A stretch of 24,000 nt of DNA. Origin: an uncultured Acaryochloris sp. (lineage in GTDB: Bacteria; Cyanobacteriota; Cyanobacteriia; Thermosynechococcales; Thermosynechococcaceae). Made by a program: the position numbers and the translations under genes. The stretch is taken from the NCBI GenBank assembly GCA_937941595.1, contig CALDHF010000250.1, positions 6,717 to 30,716 on the forward strand, read 5' to 3'. The notes beneath the pieces were generated by a model that saw nothing but the letters and a program-made list of their open reading frames with translations, made no database searches and had not been told where the DNA came from. Shown here one piece after another: positions 16,093 through 24,000 of the stretch. Positions within the stretch are counted from its first letter, which is position 1. Each line of letters begins with the position of its first letter.

Positions 16093-16842
16093 ATGTCAGT
16101 AAACTCTGCGTCTGCGTCTGATTACACCCCGCAATTAAAACAATTGATGCAACAGGTGGGCTTAAACAGTTTTGCAGCTCTTTCTAGAGCGACAGGTCTA
16201 TCGCGGCGGCAGATTAGCGGGCTACGTCAGGGCAAAATTCAGGAGCTTCGCCTCCGACAAGCCCTGCAATTGAGTCGAACGTTAGAGATCACTTTGAGTG
16301 TGTTGGTAGCCACTTTTGCGTCTGCCGAATCCGTAGAATTACTGAGGAGAGACGAGCGGAATAGGTCTATTGAAGATACCTCGCTCCATGCACAGCAAAA
16401 ATCGATTACCCAACCAGTTGATCTACAGCAGATGCGCCTTCAACAAGCTCTTGAGTCCCTCAAACAAGAATATCAACATCTGCACACCCAACTTCAAGAT
16501 CAGCAAATTCACTTATGGCAAGAGTATCAACGATCTACTCTGCAAGTTCTCGAATCTTTATTGTTGCAATGGCCCACTGTTGCCTATGCTGCCCGTAAAA
16601 ACCCTGAGGCCCCAGCTATCAAAATCCTGCCATTATTGCAGCCGTTGGATCAGTTATTGGCCTCTTGGGGGATTGTTCCCATCGGTGAAGTCGGGACTGA
16701 AATTGCTTATGATCCGCAGTGGCACCAGCTTATGCCTACAGCAGGACAGGCAACTGTCTTGGGAGATCAGGTGCGGGTGCGCTATGTGGGGTATCGCCAA
16801 GGGGAACAGCTTTTATATCGGGCAAAAGTATCTTCCATTTGA
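16093..16842 (+). CDS. HTH domain / Gln-rich coiled coil / GrpE-like C-terminal domain protein
   Basis: Preferred start is ATG 16093 (MSVNSASASDY...); the track ORF opens at TTG 15961. XRE-like HTH: LKQLMQQVGLNSFAALSRATGLSRRQISGLRQGKI. Coiled coil: LQQALESLKQEYQHLHTQLQDQQIHLWQEYQ. The C-terminus WGIVPIGEVGTEIAYDPQWHQLM......GDQVRVRYVGYRQGEQLLYRAKVS parallels the GrpE beta-domain pattern (G...I...G..FDP..H.A........V..V...GY....R.LR.A.V.V). Confidence 0.6.
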   Translation: MSVNSASASDYTPQLKQLMQQVGLNSFAALSRATGLSRRQISGLRQGKIQELRLRQALQLSRTLEITLSVLVATFASAESVELLRRDERNRSIEDTSLHAQQKSITQPVDLQQMRLQQALESLKQEYQHLHTQLQDQQIHLWQEYQRSTLQVLESLLLQWPTVAYAARKNPEAPAIKILPLLQPLDQLLASWGIVPIGEVGTEIAYDPQWHQLMPTAGQATVLGDQVRVRYVGYRQGEQLLYRAKVSSI

Positions 16843-16866
16843 GGAGTTAACCCTCATAAGTTAATG

Positions 16867-16895
16867 TTCATCAGCCTTTGAGAGGGGTTGATGAA
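16867..16895 (+). terminator. Stem-loop 25 nt after the GrpE-like gene stop; possible terminator lacking a U-tract
   Basis: ttcatcagcc (16867-16876) pairs with ggttgatgaa (16886-16895), giving 10 bp including one G.U and a 9-nt loop. The following sequence gactgatttgaat is only weakly T-rich. Confidence 0.35.
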
Positions 16896-17032
16896 GACTG
16901 ATTTGAATCCTTTGAAATATTCCGTATTTTTCCTGATCTGTTTCAATTCTGAACTCGGTATTGTGAGGTTAATTCAAAAAACAAGTCCGAGTTTGCTTAA
17001 CTGAAACATTTACGAAAGGGGATCGATTCGAC

Positions 17033-17188
17033 ATGAGCACTACTACTCTGCAAGGCAACCCAAATCAGACCCTCATGCAAGCCATCGCTAAGGTCTATCA
17101 GCGCTATCTTAATGGAGAGATCGAAATCCACAGCTATTCTTCTATGGTGGATGCCCTAATCGAGCTTAATGCTGTAAATTCCCTCTAG
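17033..17188 (+). CDS. Tentative small ORF (51 aa) abutting the recJ start
   Basis: It runs from ATG 17033 to TAG 17186-17188 and translates to MSTTTLQGNPNQTLMQAIAKVYQRYLNGEIEIHSYSSMVDALIELNAVNSL. A purine-rich gaaagggga lies 9-17 nt upstream. The stop is separated from the recJ ATG (17190) by one base. It falls below the ORF-track size cut-off, and I recognise no family. Confidence 0.25.
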   Translation: MSTTTLQGNPNQTLMQAIAKVYQRYLNGEIEIHSYSSMVDALIELNAVNSL

Positions 17189-17189
17189 A

Positions 17190-19571
17190 ATGCCCACAGA
17201 CCCTCAATGGCATATTGTTCAAACTGTTAACCCACCTGAATGGCTTTTGGCAGCAATTCAACGGTTAGCGCCTGACTTATCCGGTCACTATATTGCGCAA
17301 TTGCTGTGGCAACGGGGCGTTCACGATGGTCAGCAGGTTACTGGCTTTTTAGATCCGAATCACTATCAACCGACTAGCCCTGATGTGTTTGGGGCCGAAA
17401 TGCACAAGGCGATTCAACGCTTGAAAACAGCTTGCGATCGCGACCAAAAAGTAGCCATCTGGGGTGATTTCGACGCCGATGGCATTACCTCTACCGCCGT
17501 CCTTTGGGACGGATTGGGCCAATTTTTCTCTCGGAATCACTCCCTCACTTACACTATTCCCAACCGTATTACTGAATCTCATGGCTTGCACTGCTCAGGG
17601 CTTGAGCGACTAGCAGCCCAAGGCTATCAACTGATTGTGACCTGCGATACGGGCAGTACCAATCTGACAGAACTGGAATATGCCCAGGCGCTAGGGCTGG
17701 ATGTGATCGTTACTGATCACCACACCTTACCCTCAGAACGTCCACCCGTGACGGCCATTATTAATCCGCGCTATTTCCCGACAGATCATCCTCTGGCCCA
17801 TCTCTCTGGGGTAGCAGTTGCCTATAAGCTCGTGGAAGCTTTATATCTGGCGTTGCCCGATGTTCCAGAGCAGCCCTTAGAACATCTGCTGGATTTGGTA
17901 GCCATTGGGTTAATTGCCGATTTGGTCGCTCTCAAGGGAGACTGCCGTTATCTTGCCCAACGCGGTATTGAGCAATTGCAACAGCAGCTAACCCGCCGGA
18001 CCCGCCCAGGGGTGGCCAAGCTGTTAGAACTTTGCAAACGCAATGGCGATCGGCCCACAGATATTTCGTTTGGTTTGGGGCCACGCATTAATGCTGTCAG
18101 TCGGATTCATGGCGATGCTAGCTTTTGTGTGGAGTTGCTGACGAGTACTGATCCGATCCGCTGTCAGCAGTTGGCAGAGGAGACCGAACTGGCCAATACC
18201 CGCCGCAAATCTCTACAAAAAGATGTCCTCAAACAGGTCACCCGCAAACTGGACAAACTTGATCTGTCGACGACGGCAGTGATTGTCCTCAGTGATCCGC
18301 AATGGCCGATAGGCGTCTTGGGGCTAGTGGCAGGCCAGATTGCCCAAACCTACGGACGTCCAACGATTTTGCTGTGTGAAGAAACCGTTGCTCAGCCGGG
18401 TGACGTGACATTAGCCCGTGGGTCAGCCCGCTCGGTTAATCAAATTGATCTGTATACCCTAGTGCGGAGTCAGGCTGGTTTGCTCAAGAGTTTTGGTGGT
18501 CATCCTTTTGCTGCAGGCTTAAGTTTACCGGTGACCAATATTCCCCTGTTAGTAGAAGCGATTAATCAGCAGGCGCGTCAGCAGCAAGCCATCGCTATGA
18601 CGACGGTGGTTGCCGACCTAGAGCTGACCCTTGCGGAGTTGGCCAAAGAGGGTGGCAAATGCCTATTTAAAGAATTAAAGCTCCTGGAACCTTGCGGTAT
18701 GGGGAATCCTGTCCCCAAGTTATTGATTCGAGATTGCTGGTTTGATCAGGTCTGGAATGCAAATATCCGCGATCGCAACGGCAATAAAGTTCAGTACATC
18801 AAAACCACGTTCGATATTTGCGATGTGTCCATGGATGCAGGATTTCCAGGGTTGTGGTGGGGCCACTATAAAGATGAAATCCCTGTGGGGCACTGTGATG
18901 CCATTGTTGAACTAGATTTCAATGCGTACAAAAAACGCTATGAAGTTCGCTTAATTGCCTTACGGCCAGCAACCACTACTCTCACGAAACAGAGGTCGGC
19001 TAACCCTGGCATTGTGGATTGGCGGCAAGGTAAGCAGGAAGCGGCATCTAAAGATGTATTAGTCATGGCGGATCACCCGGAGTCTTGGGCAGAGTTACAA
19101 AATTGGGTCAGGCAAGCCCAAGCCGCTAGCAAAACGTTAGCGGTTGCCTATGATGCTGCGGATCCTCCTGACGAGGCAGAGGTCTGGAAACAATGGGTCG
19201 GAATTGCCAAGTTTCTAGCTCGGACAGGAGAGGCTGTGTCTTTGTCTCAGCTTCAATCTCTTTTGAATATTGGTCCTGTGGCTTTGCAGACGGGTTTGCA
19301 GAGCTTGCAAGTCTTTGGGTTTAAGGTGCAATGCTGGCATGATGTGCTGCAAGTAGAGGTCCAACCCTCCTACAAGGACTGTGATCCTGCGGATCGGCAG
19401 CAGGCCATTCAACATTTTTTTGATGCAGTCCGAGAGGAACAGTTTCAACGCCAATACTTCCAAGAGGTATCTGTGGATGTGATGGGGGCGATGGCCAACC
19501 ACCAATCGATGTTTCAGGAAGAGACGATGCCAACAGCTATGGCATCCCTGAAACCCAATGATGTAACGTGA
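17190..19571 (+). CDS. recJ: Single-stranded-DNA-specific exonuclease RecJ (DHH/DHHA1), long cyanobacterial form
   Basis: 793 aa. DHH motifs: VAIWGDFDADGITSTAVL, IVTCDTGS, VIVTDHH. DHHA1 region: GHPFAAGLSL. A C-terminal extension of about 200 aa lies beyond the E. coli-length core. Confidence 0.94.
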   Translation: MPTDPQWHIVQTVNPPEWLLAAIQRLAPDLSGHYIAQLLWQRGVHDGQQVTGFLDPNHYQPTSPDVFGAEMHKAIQRLKTACDRDQKVAIWGDFDADGITSTAVLWDGLGQFFSRNHSLTYTIPNRITESHGLHCSGLERLAAQGYQLIVTCDTGSTNLTELEYAQALGLDVIVTDHHTLPSERPPVTAIINPRYFPTDHPLAHLSGVAVAYKLVEALYLALPDVPEQPLEHLLDLVAIGLIADLVALKGDCRYLAQRGIEQLQQQLTRRTRPGVAKLLELCKRNGDRPTDISFGLGPRINAVSRIHGDASFCVELLTSTDPIRCQQLAEETELANTRRKSLQKDVLKQVTRKLDKLDLSTTAVIVLSDPQWPIGVLGLVAGQIAQTYGRPTILLCEETVAQPGDVTLARGSARSVNQIDLYTLVRSQAGLLKSFGGHPFAAGLSLPVTNIPLLVEAINQQARQQQAIAMTTVVADLELTLAELAKEGGKCLFKELKLLEPCGMGNPVPKLLIRDCWFDQVWNANIRDRNGNKVQYIKTTFDICDVSMDAGFPGLWWGHYKDEIPVGHCDAIVELDFNAYKKRYEVRLIALRPATTTLTKQRSANPGIVDWRQGKQEAASKDVLVMADHPESWAELQNWVRQAQAASKTLAVAYDAADPPDEAEVWKQWVGIAKFLARTGEAVSLSQLQSLLNIGPVALQTGLQSLQVFGFKVQCWHDVLQVEVQPSYKDCDPADRQQAIQHFFDAVREEQFQRQYFQEVSVDVMGAMANHQSMFQEETMPTAMASLKPNDVT

Positions 19572-19617
19572 TTTCAGATCAATCGTTGCCAGGAAGCAGA
19601 GGTTAACTAGACACATC

Positions 19618-20577
19618 ATGGATCGCAAATCGCTTCAGGTGCTAGGGCTATCCCTTATTTCTGCTCTTGGTTTTTACCCAGCAATACGGGCTGTAGAAGC
19701 CAATAAGATTGCTCCTATGGTTGCCTTCCCCGAGGTGGGCATGGTTATTACCCAACCGCAGGATTTTGAGAAAGCAGAAACCTTCTATGGGTTTCAGCAA
19801 CCTTCAACTGGATCATCGGTGATTTTGTTGGCTATTCCAGGTCCATATCTAAAAGTGATTGCCGGATTCGATCAGAAGGCCCTAGCAGCCAGAGGGATGT
19901 CATTAAGGTCTAAACAAAGAGTCAAGGTGAAGGGCCAGACTGCCTTGCTGCTAAATCTATCCCAAAATGCCTATGGCCAAGAATTTTTCAAATGGGTGAT
20001 GATCTTTGGCGATGAACAACGTACGAAAATGGTGATGGCGACTTTTCCTAAGTCTCATGCCCGGAAATTGAGTGACCCTCTTCGGAAAATGCTGCTCTCT
20101 GTCGCACCTGCAAAGACTGCCTCTGCAAAGCTGCCATTTTCTATTCAGGCCGAACAGGGCTTGGCTTCGGTGGACGGGATTGCTATCGGGAATACAGCCT
20201 TGTTTACCAAAGATGGGACTATCCCTGCTAAAGCACCTGACGACCCACTATTCGTGGTGGCTCGCTCTTTTGGGGATGTTGTCGTTGGCAATCAGCAGGA
20301 GTTTGCCAAACGTCGTCTGTACCAGACTGCTCAGATTGAGGTGGCAACGGTTCAATCCACAACCCCTATCGTGATTGACAATACAAGCGGGTTGGAGATG
20401 ATCGCTGTTGGCAAAGATCGTAAAACCCAAACTCCTCTGAGGATCTATCAGGTCATGCTGTTCCCGAAACAGGGTGGATACATACTGATGACGGGTGCTG
20501 TGGGCGAGGAGCAAGTCGATAGCTATTTGCCAAAATTCCAATCCATGGCCAAAACCTTCAGAAAACGGCCGAAATGA
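19618..20577 (+). CDS. Hypothetical secreted protein
   Basis: 319 aa. Signal peptide MDRKSLQVLGLSLISALGFYPAIRAVEA/NK. I recognise no domain. The two halves look loosely similar to each other. The gene lies 46 nt downstream of recJ. Confidence 0.6.
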   Translation: MDRKSLQVLGLSLISALGFYPAIRAVEANKIAPMVAFPEVGMVITQPQDFEKAETFYGFQQPSTGSSVILLAIPGPYLKVIAGFDQKALAARGMSLRSKQRVKVKGQTALLLNLSQNAYGQEFFKWVMIFGDEQRTKMVMATFPKSHARKLSDPLRKMLLSVAPAKTASAKLPFSIQAEQGLASVDGIAIGNTALFTKDGTIPAKAPDDPLFVVARSFGDVVVGNQQEFAKRRLYQTAQIEVATVQSTTPIVIDNTSGLEMIAVGKDRKTQTPLRIYQVMLFPKQGGYILMTGAVGEEQVDSYLPKFQSMAKTFRKRPK

Positions 20578-20703
20578 TATGGACTTTTTTTGTAGGTAAT
20601 TGTCTGTTGTAAAGAGCCTCCGGCATCGTTTTTTTCAGGTAGAGGCTGAAGTTCAGCTAAGCTCGCATAGGGACGTCTCCCTAATGCCTGTATTCCTTGA
20701 TCA

Positions 20704-22164
20704 ATGACCTCTGGCTCTATGACCCATAATGCTTCGCATAGTTCATCTTTTAATCCGCTCCTCAATCTAAATTTTGAACCTGCTCTAGAATCACTCGGAG
20801 AAAACTTTTATGCTGTAGTAGCTGCGGCTGAGTTCCCGCACCACGTTTTGCGATTTCGCAATGATGATGTCTTAGCTCAAATGGGTCTTAAGGCTGAACA
20901 GGTGAGTGACACCGACTTTGTTGAAGTCTTCGGTCAGTTCCAAGGCCGGGAACCCCTACTGGCGTTGGGTTACCACGGCTATCAATTTGGTGACTATAAC
21001 CCTCGATTGGGAGATGGGCGCGGATTTTTGTATGGACAGGTTCGGGGCACGGATGGCGAGCTTTACGATTTAGGGACGAAGGGATCAGGCACTACGCCCT
21101 ATTCGCGGAGTGCCGATGGTCGCCTTACCCTCAAGGGTGGGGTCCGGGAAGTCTTGGCTGCCGAAGCCTTGCATTATGCGGGTGTCCGCACGTCTCGGTG
21201 CTTGAGTTTGATTGAAACCGGTGAATCTCTGTGGCGAGGGGATGAACCCTCTCCGACTCGTTCATCAGTGATGGTGCGGTTTAGCCGTTCTCATATTCGG
21301 TTTGGCACTTTTGAACGTTTACATGCGCTGCAACGTCCTGACTTAATACAAACGCTGTTAGACCATGTCATTGAGTATTACTATCCTCACCTCTGGCAAC
21401 AGGAGGATGCCTATGCTCGTTTTTATGGGGAGTTGGTTCAACGCACAGCAGCACTGGTGGCTCAATGGATGTCGGTGGGCTTTTGTCATGCCGTGTTGAA
21501 CACTGACAATATGTCCATTACGGGTGAAAGCTTTGACTATGGTCCCTATGCCTTTATCGAAACCTTTGACCCAAAATTTACGGCGGCCTATTTTGATTAT
21601 TTTCAGCGCTATAGTTATGGCAATCAGCCGACGATGTGTCACTGGAATCTAGAAATGTTGCAGCGTCCCCTCAGGGCAGTGATTCCCCAAGCTGATTTGG
21701 CTGCAGGTCTGGATACGTTTAAGCAGCATTACTACACTCACTATCGTCAGCGGATGTTGCAAAAGCTGGGGTTTCCCGCCTCTGAGGCCAGTGAGGCCGA
21801 AGATTTGCTGGTGTTGACGTTGGATTTTTTGACGCGATCGCAAGTGCAGTACCATGCCTTCTTTGCTGAATTACGCTGTCACTTTAATGAAACCTGGCGA
21901 GTCGATCCGGGTCATATTCTTAGCGAATCCGACCTGTTGTCTCCACCCGCCTGGCAAGCACAGCTAGACCAATGGCGACAGCTTTATCACCGCTTGCTCC
22001 AGCAGTATCCCGCTGAGGAGATGCCAGAGATGGTTCGGCGGTTGCAAACAAACCCGTTAACGGTGATTACCCGGCCCCATATTGAAGCGATCTGGGAGCC
22101 GATTATGGTGGAGGATAATTGGCAACCGTTTAATGATTTGCTCCAACAGTTGCGACAGCCATGA
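20704..22164 (+). CDS. selO: Protein adenylyltransferase SelO (YdiU/UPF0061 pseudokinase family)
   Basis: 486 aa. [76 protein letters not shown] and [23 protein letters not shown] are the hallmark SelO motifs. An alternative start is ATG 20719. Confidence 0.94.
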   Translation: MTSGSMTHNASHSSSFNPLLNLNFEPALESLGENFYAVVAAAEFPHHVLRFRNDDVLAQMGLKAEQVSDTDFVEVFGQFQGREPLLALGYHGYQFGDYNPRLGDGRGFLYGQVRGTDGELYDLGTKGSGTTPYSRSADGRLTLKGGVREVLAAEALHYAGVRTSRCLSLIETGESLWRGDEPSPTRSSVMVRFSRSHIRFGTFERLHALQRPDLIQTLLDHVIEYYYPHLWQQEDAYARFYGELVQRTAALVAQWMSVGFCHAVLNTDNMSITGESFDYGPYAFIETFDPKFTAAYFDYFQRYSYGNQPTMCHWNLEMLQRPLRAVIPQADLAAGLDTFKQHYYTHYRQRMLQKLGFPASEASEAEDLLVLTLDFLTRSQVQYHAFFAELRCHFNETWRVDPGHILSESDLLSPPAWQAQLDQWRQLYHRLLQQYPAEEMPEMVRRLQTNPLTVITRPHIEAIWEPIMVEDNWQPFNDLLQQLRQP

Positions 22165-22191
22165 CCTTGTGAGCCTGAGGCTGACCTCCCC

Positions 22192-23754
22192 TTAGCTCAA
22201 ACGCACTAAGCGAATTTCCGTACGCTGGTTTTTGGCATCTGCCGGGGAAATGCCGGGTAAGGGTTGACTAAATCCTTGCCCTTCGGCCTTGATTTGTTGT
22301 TTGATGCCTAGCTTTTGCAGATACTGAACCACGACTTGGGCCCGTTTTTGACTGAGGCTTTGGTTAACATTCGCGGGGCCAGTTTTAGACGTATGACCGA
22401 TCACACGAATTGCCACGGTATCAGGGTTGAATTCTGCAATTTCTTTCGATAATTTGTCGAGGGTTTGTTGACCCGTTGATGTCAATGTGGCGGCTCCTAC
22501 CCCGAATTTGACCTCGCCTCTGACTTTCAAATTGCCAATACTGGGGGCTGCTTTGATATCGGCGGTGGAGGTTGGCGTGGTTTTGGTGGTCGGCGTTTCG
22601 CCCTCTAGCTTTTTGGCAAGTTCAGGATTATCTGCGCGGACAATATCAATGAGTTGTTGGGTATTCTCAGCCGCTTGGGTCACAAACTGAGGATCGTAGA
22701 ACTGATCTGTGTCCTTGGGTACCTGGGTCAGATTGCCCGAGAGGACTAAAACCGCAGCCGTGGAGGTGATCCGCTGTTTCAGCTTGTCTTGGGTCATCCA
22801 GTCTTGGGCTTCTAACGCGGTGAAAAAGTTAATGCCCTTAAGGACTGTGTCTGCTTCTGTAGAAGATAGATCGCCATCTTTAGCAATTTGGTCTTGCATT
22901 TGGGCCGTATTGCTAATACTGGATTCGATACGGCGGTAGTAGGCAGCTAATAAAGCTGAAATTTGCTCCGGTTGGGACTCAATCACCTTATCAGAGGCGA
23001 CCAGCACATCCACAATCGTATTAGGGGCGTCATTGCTGGACAAAACGACGGTATGCCCTTGTTTCCGAGCTTGAGAGACGAAGGGTTCCCAGAGGACTGC
23101 GATCGCAACCTTTTCCTGAGTGTTCTGCATGAGTTTCCAGGCTTGAGAGGCGTCCTCCACCTTGATTACCCGGAAATCTGAAAGATTGAAGGCCTCAAAT
23201 TTGGTATCTAAAACGAGAGCCAGATATTCACTCGGCGTATCGCCAGCATAGACAATGGCATACTCTTTGGACTTGCCCTGCTTGACGAGCTGACTTAGAT
23301 TCAAGAGGGATTTGAGTTGGGGAAACTGGCGGGTATTCAGTACCACTGCATCTGCCCCCACGGTTCGATCCAGGAGACCCACAATTTTGCCTTGGGGCTT
23401 TTGCTTGAGGAACTGATCAAGGGTGGTGACAATAAAGTCTGCTTTGCCTTTACCTAGGGCATCGGCTCGCTGGGACTGATCAAATTCGTCAGCATAGTCC
23501 AGACGAATCCCCGGTTCTGCCAGGGCGTCTTGCAAGCCGTCACTGCGGAAGGTACTGTAACCGCTGAAGGTATCCCCCAAAACCTTAAAGGTCCCTTTGC
23601 TGCGAGAGGGACCTGAGGGATTATCAGAAGACTGACCCATGAGTCTGGGCAGTAAGTCGGGGGCCGTACTTTGCAATAGCCACAGCCCGCCCGCACTCAA
23701 ACCAACTGTGAGACCTAAGGACGCTAGAATCGCGACGGTTTTATTCTGAGGCAC
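22192..23754 (-). CDS. Membrane-anchored periplasmic-binding-protein-like (NMT1/NitT-TauT-type) domain fused to a C-terminal OmpA-like peptidoglycan-binding domain
   Basis: 520 aa with a GTG start. N-terminal TM/signal anchor VAILASLGLTVGLSAGGLWLL. The central ~300 aa are SBP-like (FKVLGDTFSGYSTFR...ADFIVTTLDQF...AVLWEPF). C-terminal OmpA_C signature: VKFGVGAATLTSTGQQTLDKL......IRVIGHTSKTGPANVNQSLSQKRAQVVVQYL...NQRTEIRLV. Confidence 0.85.
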   Translation of the reverse strand: MPQNKTVAILASLGLTVGLSAGGLWLLQSTAPDLLPRLMGQSSDNPSGPSRSKGTFKVLGDTFSGYSTFRSDGLQDALAEPGIRLDYADEFDQSQRADALGKGKADFIVTTLDQFLKQKPQGKIVGLLDRTVGADAVVLNTRQFPQLKSLLNLSQLVKQGKSKEYAIVYAGDTPSEYLALVLDTKFEAFNLSDFRVIKVEDASQAWKLMQNTQEKVAIAVLWEPFVSQARKQGHTVVLSSNDAPNTIVDVLVASDKVIESQPEQISALLAAYYRRIESSISNTAQMQDQIAKDGDLSSTEADTVLKGINFFTALEAQDWMTQDKLKQRITSTAAVLVLSGNLTQVPKDTDQFYDPQFVTQAAENTQQLIDIVRADNPELAKKLEGETPTTKTTPTSTADIKAAPSIGNLKVRGEVKFGVGAATLTSTGQQTLDKLSKEIAEFNPDTVAIRVIGHTSKTGPANVNQSLSQKRAQVVVQYLQKLGIKQQIKAEGQGFSQPLPGISPADAKNQRTEIRLVRLS

Positions 23755-23859
23755 TGATCCACCCTTAAAAATGCCACAACTAGCAATCCTAGCAATTGTG
23801 TATTGCGGACTACTGGGGAGTTAGATAAGAGAAGCAGGTGAAGGGCAAAATCAGCCTAA

Positions 23860-24000
23860 TTAATCTTCATGTTCTTCAAAAGGATCAGCCAATTGCTTAG
23901 AAGGAGGACCGAAGGCTGTGTATAGGGAAACCGCAGTGAAGGCAACGGTTACAGCCAAAATGGTTATGATAAGAACTGTTGCAGGGTCAGAAAATTGCAT
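23860..24000 (-). CDS. psbN: Photosystem II protein PsbN
   Basis: This ORF is not in the ORF track. The reverse strand from ATG (23998-24000) to TAA (23860-23862) encodes [46 protein letters not shown] (46 aa). It has a single TM helix plus the conserved PsbN tail LYTAFG.PS..L.DPFEEH.D. The start codon is the last three bases of the window, so a longer N-terminus cannot be excluded. Confidence 0.85.
   Translation of the reverse strand: MQFSDPATVLIITILAVTVAFTAVSLYTAFGPPSKQLADPFEEHED

Noticed and set aside
16370-16864. 164-aa alternative-frame ORF overlapping the GrpE-like gene
   Set aside because: It is on the same strand, shifted by one frame, with a Cys/Lys/Ser-rich composition lacking motifs. 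The overlapping frame has HTH, coiled-coil and GrpE-like features.
20523-20765. 80-aa minus-strand ORF spanning the gap between the secreted-protein gene and selO
   Set aside because: It overlaps the 3' end of one well-supported gene and the 5' end of another, and it has no recognisable motif or start context.
23766-23800. Possible psbN terminator hairpin (cacaa-ctag...ctag-caa-ttgtg followed by a minus-strand T5)
   Set aside because: The stem is short, AT-rich and interrupted by a 3-nt bulge. It sits only ~12 nt from the start of the next minus-strand gene. The evidence is too weak to call.
1-24000. Scan for CRISPR arrays, IS/transposase or integrase genes, tRNA/rRNA genes, prophage or defence-island hallmarks, and long direct or inverted repeats bounding a segment
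   Set aside because: I found none by eye. The only repeats are HIP1 octamers, intragenic low-complexity tandem repeats and one short intergenic repeat pair. Intergenic regions are short (mostly under 250 bp) and contain no tRNA-like T-arm or acceptor motifs.

Overview
This is a densely packed, core-like chromosomal region of a cyanobacterium. Taxonomic evidence: 11 HIP1 octamers (GCGATCGC), a psbN gene at the right edge, and families typical of cyanobacteria (DUF4278, receiver+DUF3685/Ycf55-like, FraH-like zinc-ribbon/FHA protein, two pentapeptide-repeat proteins). I call 25 protein-coding genes plus one tentative small ORF, on both strands. Housekeeping genes are thioredoxin, hisIE, recJ, selO and psbN. 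Transport and envelope genes are an MFS pump, a CPA2 antiporter, a rhomboid protease, an SBP-OmpA fusion and several orphan secreted proteins or lipoproteins. Signalling modules are two FHA proteins and a receiver-DUF3685 protein. I saw no rRNA, tRNA, CRISPR array, transposase, integrase, phage gene or recognisable defence gene, and no long terminal repeats. I could not find a convincing novel multi-gene system, and the region reads as ordinary. The items most worth a second look are individually modest: an HTH/coiled-coil/GrpE-like fusion protein; an unannotated 51-codon ORF ending one base before the recJ start; a stand-alone NADAR gene whose stop codon overlaps that of a convergent DNA-mimic-type pentapeptide-repeat gene; a periplasmic pentapeptide-repeat protein with an acidic tandem-repeat tail; and an antiporter-CIA30 gene pair. 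All domain calls come from reading the translations and remembered family signatures. No searches were run.
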